Assembly: GCA_037446725.1 (NCBI GenBank)
Contig: JBBIIC010000004.1
Span: forward strand, 74,891-138,890
Direction of reading: 5' to 3'
Origin: Actinomycetota bacterium
GTDB taxonomy: Bacteria; Actinomycetota; Coriobacteriia; Anaerosomatales; SLCP01
Length of the DNA stretch: 64,000 nucleotides
Part shown: piece after piece, positions 58,978 to 64,000 of the stretch
Layout of the letters: every line of letters starts with the position of its first letter
How positions within the stretch are numbered: the first letter of the stretch is position 1
Position numbers and translations under genes: made by a program
The notes under the pieces: model-generated
What the model was told of the DNA's origin: nothing
The model's input: the letters and a program-made list of their open reading frames with translations, nothing else
Databases searched by the model: none

Positions 58978-60507
58978 GTGGAGTACATCTACGTAGTAGT
59001 TGCGGTCTTCGTCGGCGTCGCCCTCGGCTTCGCTTTCAACAGGTTCTTCGTCCAGGGCAAGTCGGCCCGCTCGCGGGAAGACGCCGAACGCATCGTCCGG
59101 GACGCCGAGAAGCAGGCCGAGACACTCAGAAAAGAAGCGGTCATCGAGGCCAAGGACCAGGTCTTCCGCATGAAGCAGGAGGCCGAGGTCGAGATCAAGG
59201 AGCGCCGCAAGGAACTCGGCGCGCTCGAGAACCGCATGGTGCAGCGCGAGGAGTCGATCGACCGGCGCGCGGAGTCACTCGACAAGCGTGAGCACCAGCT
59301 GTCGAGCCTGCAGGGCCAGATCACCAAGCGCGAGCAGGACCTCGAAGAGCTCGTCGCCGAGGAGAACGCGCGCCTGGAGCGGCTCGCGGGCATGAGCGCC
59401 GATGAGGCGCGCGACCTGCTGCTCGACCGCGTCAAGGAGGACGTGACCCGCGACGCGGCCGCCTACATCCGCGAGGCGGAGGCCCGCGCTCGCGAGGAGG
59501 CGGACAAGAAGGCCCGCAACATCGTCGGCATCGCGATCCAGCGTGTCGCCGCGGACCATACCGCCGAATCCACCGTGTCGGTGGTGCATATCCCATCGGA
59601 CGACATGAAGGGCCGCATCATCGGGCGTGAAGGCCGCAACATCCGCGCCTTCGAGCAGCTCACCGGAATCAACCTCATCATCGACGACACCCCCGAGGCG
59701 GTCATCCTCTCCAGCTTCGACCCTGTGCGCAGGGAGGTCGGCCGCATCACGCTCGAGTCGCTCATTCAGGACGGCCGCATCCATCCCGCACGCATCGAGG
59801 AGATGTTCAACAAGGCCGAGTCACTCGTCGCGCAGCAGATCCACGAAGCGGGGGAGCAGGCGGCCTTCGAGGCGGAGGTCCACGGTCTGCACGCCGAGCT
59901 CGTCCGCACGCTCGGGCGGCTGCGCTACCGCACCTCCTACGGCCAGAACGTCCTCAAGCACTCCCTGGAGGTCTCCCATCTCGCGGGTGTGATGGCCGCC
60001 GAGCTCGGTGTCGACGTCAAGCTCGCCAAGCGCGCCGGACTCCTGCATGACATCGGCAAGGCGATCGACCACGAGATCGAAGGTCCCCACGCCGTCATCG
60101 GCGCGGATCTGGCGCGGCGCATGAACGAGCCCAAGACCGTGCTTCACTGCATCGAGGCGCACCACGGCGACGTGGAACCCGCGACCGTCGAGGCGGTTCT
60201 CGTGCAGGCGGCCGACGCGATCTCCGCGGGCCGTCCGGGCGCACGCCGCGAGACGCTCGAGAGCTACATCAAGCGTCTCGAGAAGCTGGAGGCCGTCGCG
60301 CAGTCCCATTCGGGGGTCGAGAAGTGCTACGCGATGCAGGCGGGGCGTGAGATCCGCGTGATGGTGCAGCCCGACCGCATCAGCGATGCCGACTCGGTCG
60401 TGCTCGCGCGCGACATCGCGAAGCAGATCGAGGAGGAACTTGAGTATCCCGGCCAGATCAAGGTCATGGTCATCAGGGAGAGCCGGGCGGTCGACTACGC
60501 CAAGTAG
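58978..60507 (+). CDS. rny: Ribonuclease Y
   Basis: N-terminal TM helix, a coiled coil, a KH domain ([15 protein letters not shown]), an HD domain (HDIGKA...H) and a C-terminal region. Confidence 0.95.
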   Translation: MEYIYVVVAVFVGVALGFAFNRFFVQGKSARSREDAERIVRDAEKQAETLRKEAVIEAKDQVFRMKQEAEVEIKERRKELGALENRMVQREESIDRRAESLDKREHQLSSLQGQITKREQDLEELVAEENARLERLAGMSADEARDLLLDRVKEDVTRDAAAYIREAEARAREEADKKARNIVGIAIQRVAADHTAESTVSVVHIPSDDMKGRIIGREGRNIRAFEQLTGINLIIDDTPEAVILSSFDPVRREVGRITLESLIQDGRIHPARIEEMFNKAESLVAQQIHEAGEQAAFEAEVHGLHAELVRTLGRLRYRTSYGQNVLKHSLEVSHLAGVMAAELGVDVKLAKRAGLLHDIGKAIDHEIEGPHAVIGADLARRMNEPKTVLHCIEAHHGDVEPATVEAVLVQAADAISAGRPGARRETLESYIKRLEKLEAVAQSHSGVEKCYAMQAGREIRVMVQPDRISDADSVVLARDIAKQIEEELEYPGQIKVMVIRESRAVDYAK

Positions 60508-60549
60508 CCCCGGGCGTCTGATACGATACTGATGGCTACCAGCCATGTG

Positions 60550-60578
60550 GAAGAAGGCCGCGCGAAGCGGCCTTCTTC
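60550..60578 (+). terminator. Hairpin after rny (probable U-tract-less terminator)
   Basis: GAAGAAGGCCGC-gcgaa-GCGGCCTTCTTC forms a perfect 12-bp stem. Confidence 0.5.
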
Positions 60579-60617
60579 GCGTACCGAAGCGACAGACCGG
60601 CGGTATAGACTGTGGGT

Positions 60618-61694
60618 ATGAGCGACAACGACAACCTTCTCGAGTTCGTCGGAGCGGTCTCGGGCGAGGCCTACCTCAAGGTCGAGGAGAACCTGGGCGA
60701 AGGTTTCGTAAGGCTGCGCACCTCCGAGGCCGAACGACGTCAGGCCAAACACGATATCCGCTCGGTCGAGGACATCGTGGTCGAGCTGCTGCGCAACGCG
60801 CGTGACGCCCACGCCCAGCACATCTTCATCGCCACCTCGCGCGACGGCGAGCGTCGCCTGCTGACCATGATCGACGATGGAGTAGGGATCCCGTCCACCC
60901 ACCAGGAGGCCGTGTTCGAGCCGCGTGTGACCTCGAAACTCGACACCATGGTCATGGACAGGTGGGGCGTGCACGGGCGGGGAATGGCACTCTTCTCAAT
61001 CCGTGCGAACACCGCTTCATGCCGCATCGCGGCGTCCGACCTGCACCGCGGGACCTCGGTCTCGTTTACCGTCGATACCTCTGAGCTGCCTGAACGAGGT
61101 GATCAGTCCACCTGGCCCACCGTCGAGCGGGACGAGGCGGGCACGCTGCATGTCGCCCGTGGCCCTCATAACATCGTCCGCCGGGTGCTTGAGTTCGCCT
61201 GTGAGCACCCCGAGCTCGACGTCTACCTCGGGTCGCCCGCTGAGATCGCGGCGACTCTGTACGCGATCGCGCGTGCGCGCCTGGACACAGCTGAGCTGCT
61301 CTTCTGCGAGTCGCCCGGCCGGCTCGCGGTGTGGCAGCGCCCCGCAGCGGCATGCGATGCGTCGGACCTCGTCGATATCACCGCTACAATCGGCCTGCCG
61401 CTGTCCGAGCGCACGGCGCACCGCATTCTCGCCGACGAGCTGACAACCGTCGAGACGGTGATAGCCCAGGCGCAGGTGGACGAGGAGCCCCCGGCCCCGA
61501 CCACGCCGGACATCTATCGCGACCGAAGGGGCTTGAAGATCCACCACACCGACATCGCGCGCTTCAAGCAGGACCTCGCACGCGCATTCGACGACCTCGC
61601 CGAGCGGTATTACCTTCACCTGAAGGGTGAACCGAAGGTTAATGTCACCCGCGACGGTATAAGGGTCAAGTTCGAGGTCGACAAGGAGGAGTAG
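60618..61694 (+). CDS. Stand-alone histidine-kinase-type GHKL ATPase. It has no DHp/His domain and no TM segment, and has a possible C-terminal HTH.
   Basis: N box ELLRNARDA (60783-60809), G1 DDGVGI (60873-60890), F-like VFEPRVTSK, G2 GVHGRGMAL (60966-60992), and an HTH-like ATIGLPLSERTAHRIL (about 61378-61440). The start is ATG 60618 or GTG 60612. Confidence 0.7.
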   Translation: MSDNDNLLEFVGAVSGEAYLKVEENLGEGFVRLRTSEAERRQAKHDIRSVEDIVVELLRNARDAHAQHIFIATSRDGERRLLTMIDDGVGIPSTHQEAVFEPRVTSKLDTMVMDRWGVHGRGMALFSIRANTASCRIAASDLHRGTSVSFTVDTSELPERGDQSTWPTVERDEAGTLHVARGPHNIVRRVLEFACEHPELDVYLGSPAEIAATLYAIARARLDTAELLFCESPGRLAVWQRPAAACDASDLVDITATIGLPLSERTAHRILADELTTVETVIAQAQVDEEPPAPTTPDIYRDRRGLKIHHTDIARFKQDLARAFDDLAERYYLHLKGEPKVNVTRDGIRVKFEVDKEE

Positions 61695-61717
61695 CGCGGA
61701 TCGGGTTCGGTCTTCGC

Positions 61718-61723
61718 TATAAT
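61718..61723 (+). promoter_or_regulatory. Candidate -10 element for spoVS
   Basis: A perfect TATAAT in a G+C-rich genome. No good -35 element. It implies a leader of about 115 nt. Confidence 0.4.
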
Positions 61724-61843
61724 GCAAACCCCCTACTCTGCCGAATACAGGGGTGCAGCAACGATTTCAGTGATGACAGTCACACGTACGACAACTGTAC
61801 CCGCAGCACACATCGCAGCATCTGTCCCAGCAGAGGAGTACCA

Positions 61844-62116
61844 GTGGAAGTCCTCAAGGTCTCCAGTAGGTCGAACCCTAACTCGGTTGCAGGCGCCCTG
61901 GCAGGCATCATCCGCGAGCAGGGTCCGGTCGAGGTCCAGACGGTCGGCGCCGGTGCGCTGAACCAGGCAATCAAGGCCATCGCAATCGCGCGCGGCTTCA
62001 TCGCACCCTCCGGCATGGAACTGACGTGTGTGCCCGCGTTCGCCGACATCACGATCGACGGCGAGGAGCGGACCGCCATCCGGCTGCTCGTTGAGCCGAG
62101 GGACATGCGCCGCTAG
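61844..62116 (+). CDS. spoVS: SpoVS-family protein
   Basis: MEVLKVSSRSNPNSVAGALAGIIREQG..EVQ..GAGALNQAIKAIAIARGF.APSG..L.C.PAF.DI.IDGEERTAI.L.VEPR is near-identical in pattern to B. subtilis SpoVS. The GTG start follows GAGGAG. Confidence 0.93.
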   Translation: MEVLKVSSRSNPNSVAGALAGIIREQGPVEVQTVGAGALNQAIKAIAIARGFIAPSGMELTCVPAFADITIDGEERTAIRLLVEPRDMRR

Positions 62117-62125
62117 AGACCGGGG

Positions 62126-62992
62126 GTGCACGTGCGCTTCGACCTGCACGTACATACCACCGCATCGGACGGCACGCTGACCCCCGGCGACCTCGTCCGC
62201 ATGGCGGTCGCCAAGCAGCTGGCCGCGATCGCCATAACCGACCATGACTCGGTCGAGGGGATCGCCGACGCCCTCTCTGTGGCCCGGCAGGCGAGACCGT
62301 CGACCACCGTCATCCCCGGAGTCGAGCTCTCCGCCGTTCACGACGGCCGGGACGTCCACCTCCTCGGTTACTTCGTCGACCATACCGACGAGGAACTGGT
62401 CCGGCACCTGTCCGACTTGCGCGGCGCGCGCCTGGCGCGTGCGCGGGCGATCGTCGAGGCCCTCAGTGATGCGGGGTACGCCATCTCGCTCGATGACGTG
62501 CTCACGCTGTCCGACGGCGGGGCTGTGGGCCGATCGCATGTCGCACGCGCCCTCGTCCTCCACGGCCACGCGGACGATGTCGCCGACGCCTTTCGCCGGC
62601 TCCTGGGGCGCGGAAGGCCGTTCTACGTCCCCAAGGACGTCAGAACGCCTTCAGAGGTACTCGCCGTCATCCTCGAGGCCGGGGGTGTGGCCGTGCTCGC
62701 CCATCCGGGAGTCACCGCTGTCGACGACCTCATTCCCGGTCTCGTTCGCGAAGGCCTCGCAGGCCTGGAGGCGTACCACCCCGAACACGATGACACCCAG
62801 CGCGATCGCTATCTCGAGCTCGCAGCCTCGCTCGGCCTCATCGTCACCGGTGGCACGGACTACCACGGCGCATCGGCGCCCAATCCGGATCTCGGCACGC
62901 TCGAGATCCCCGCGACTGTCCTTCACGAGCTGTACGCCGTGGCCGGCCGCTCAATGCCGCCACTCTCGGGCACTGATATCGGCCCCGTCTGA
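62126..62992 (+). CDS. PHP-domain metal-dependent phosphoesterase (TrpH/YciV-like)
   Basis: The product reads FDLHVHTTASDGTLTP, ITDHDSV, HLLGY, AHP and GGTDYHG (PHP His/Asp metal ligands). Confidence 0.85.
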   Translation: MHVRFDLHVHTTASDGTLTPGDLVRMAVAKQLAAIAITDHDSVEGIADALSVARQARPSTTVIPGVELSAVHDGRDVHLLGYFVDHTDEELVRHLSDLRGARLARARAIVEALSDAGYAISLDDVLTLSDGGAVGRSHVARALVLHGHADDVADAFRRLLGRGRPFYVPKDVRTPSEVLAVILEAGGVAVLAHPGVTAVDDLIPGLVREGLAGLEAYHPEHDDTQRDRYLELAASLGLIVTGGTDYHGASAPNPDLGTLEIPATVLHELYAVAGRSMPPLSGTDIGPV

Positions 62993-63026
62993 GCCGCGTT
63001 TCGGCGCATGCTACACTCGTCCGGCT

Positions 63027-64000
63027 ATGGCAGACACCTACCTCGTGCGCACCTTCGGGTGCCAGATGAACAAGCACGACTCGGAGCGCGTCGCAGGACT
63101 GCTCGGAGCTGCCGGGATGAGCCCGGTGACCGAGGTCGAAGAGGCTGACGTCGTCGTCTTCATGACGTGCTGTGTGCGTGAGAACGCCGACGAGCGGCTC
63201 CGTGGCCAGGTCGCCTCCCTCAAGAGCGTCAAGAACGTGCGTCAAGGCGCGCAGATCATTGCCGTGGGCGGATGTATCGGCCAGCGGGACGGCGCGCTTC
63301 TGCTCAACCAGCTGCCGCACGTCGACGTCGTGTTCGGTACGCACAACGTGTCGCACCTTCCCTCGCTCATCGACACCGCCCGTCAGGCGCGCGGGCCGGT
63401 GGTCGAGATCCTGGAGTCGTCCACCGAGTTCGCGAGCGACCTGCCCTCCGAGCGTGAGCATCCGTGGCATGCCTGGGTCCCGATCACGGTAGGCTGTGAC
63501 AACTTCTGCAGCTACTGCATCGTGCCGTACGTCCGCGGCAGAGAGCGTTCGCGGCCCCTTGAGGACATCGTGCAGGAATGCGAGCACCTTCAAACGCAAG
63601 GGGTGGCCGAGATCACGCTGCTCGGCCAGAACGTCAACTCCTACGGTCGCGATCTGTACGGCTCACCGCGCTTCGCGCAGGTGTTGCGCTCCGTCGCCGC
63701 AACCGGCGTACCGCGCATCCGGTTCGCGACCAGCCATCCGAAGGATCTCTCCACGGATACCATCGCTGCGATAGCCGAAATCCCCGCGGTGGCGCGCTCG
63801 CTCCACCTGCCGGTGCAGTCCGGATCGGACCGCATACTGGCGGCGATGAACCGCCACTACACGAAGCGCTCCTATCTCGACCTCGTCGAGCGTCTTCACG
63901 AGGCGATGCCCGACCTCGCACTGTCCACCGACATCATCGTAGGTTTCCCGGGCGAATCGGAAGACGATTTCGCCGACACGCTCGACGTGGTGGAAGCGGC
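63027..64000 (+). CDS. miaB: tRNA-i6A37 methylthiotransferase MiaB, N-terminal part (runs off the window)
   Basis: The frame is open from ATG 63027 to the window edge. MADTYLVRTFGCQMNKHDSERV (UPF0004) and the radical-SAM motif GCDNFCSYCIVPYVRGRERS. It is absent from the ORF track because there is no stop in the window. Confidence 0.93.
   Translation, partial: MADTYLVRTFGCQMNKHDSERVAGLLGAAGMSPVTEVEEADVVVFMTCCVRENADERLRGQVASLKSVKNVRQGAQIIAVGGCIGQRDGALLLNQLPHVDVVFGTHNVSHLPSLIDTARQARGPVVEILESSTEFASDLPSEREHPWHAWVPITVGCDNFCSYCIVPYVRGRERSRPLEDIVQECEHLQTQGVAEITLLGQNVNSYGRDLYGSPRFAQVLRSVAATGVPRIRFATSHPKDLSTDTIAAIAEIPAVARSLHLPVQSGSDRILAAMNRHYTKRSYLDLVERLHEAMPDLALSTDIIVGFPGESEDDFADTLDVVEA

Noticed and set aside
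60604-60618. A leaderless transcript for the GHKL ATPase gene, with TATAGA (60604-09) shortly before ATG 60618.
   Set aside because: There is no credible -35 element. The 8-nt distance to the ATG is slightly long for a leaderless start. An alternative GTG at 60612 exists. This cannot be decided without 5'-end data, so it is not reported as a feature.

Overview
This 64-kb segment is visibly high in G+C (third codon positions are almost always G or C). Every gene I can support, about 62 CDS, lies on the + strand. Genes are tightly packed and many show 4-nt ATGA/GTGA stop-start overlaps.

The content is almost entirely core housekeeping:
- Fatty-acid synthesis: fabK (3' part), fabD, fabG, acpP, an NMO/FabK paralog, fabF.
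- rnc, smc, ftsY, lepB, ffh.
- rpsP, khpA, rimM, trmD, lepB, rplS, rnhB.
- yraN, comM, dprA.
- trmFO, xerC, and a sigma-28 (WhiG/SigD/FliA-type) gene.
- rpsB, tsf, pyrH, frr, uppS, cdsA, dxr, rseP, ispG, proS.
- rimP, nusA, ylxR, infB, rbfA, nrnA, truB, ribF.
- rpsO, pnp, an M16 peptidase.
- dapB, ask, dapA.
- rnj, uppP, ftsK, a rodZ-like gene, yajQ, rimO, pgsA, cinA, thpR.
- recA, recX, rny, a stand-alone GHKL ATPase, spoVS, a PHP phosphoesterase, and the 5' part of miaB.

I saw no rRNA, tRNA, CRISPR array, transposase, prophage or defence island. The gene order is collinear with the conserved Gram-positive backbone that I remember from both Bacillus subtilis and Mycobacterium/Streptomyces. 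RNase Y, TrmFO, FabK and SpoVS are present and polC is absent between proS and rimP. From this I infer a deep-branching high-G+C Gram-positive, possibly a Coriobacteriia-like actinobacterium.

This is an ordinary core region, not an accessory island, so the candidates for novelty are modest. There are two:
1. A promoter-to-terminator structured RNA of about 180 nt in the recX-rny gap. It has mutually exclusive helices and looks like an orphan sRNA or a riboswitch-like attenuator.
2. An rny-linked module made of a kinase-type GHKL ATPase without a His-phosphotransfer domain, SpoVS, and a PHP phosphoesterase.

Smaller observations are a canonical LexA box in the recA promoter, a terminator-like attenuator in the rimP-nusA leader, candidate r-protein leaders, unusual protein tails and an extra Cys-cluster NMO paralog in the fab operon. 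All calls rest on reading the supplied translations and the DNA by eye. No database search was run.
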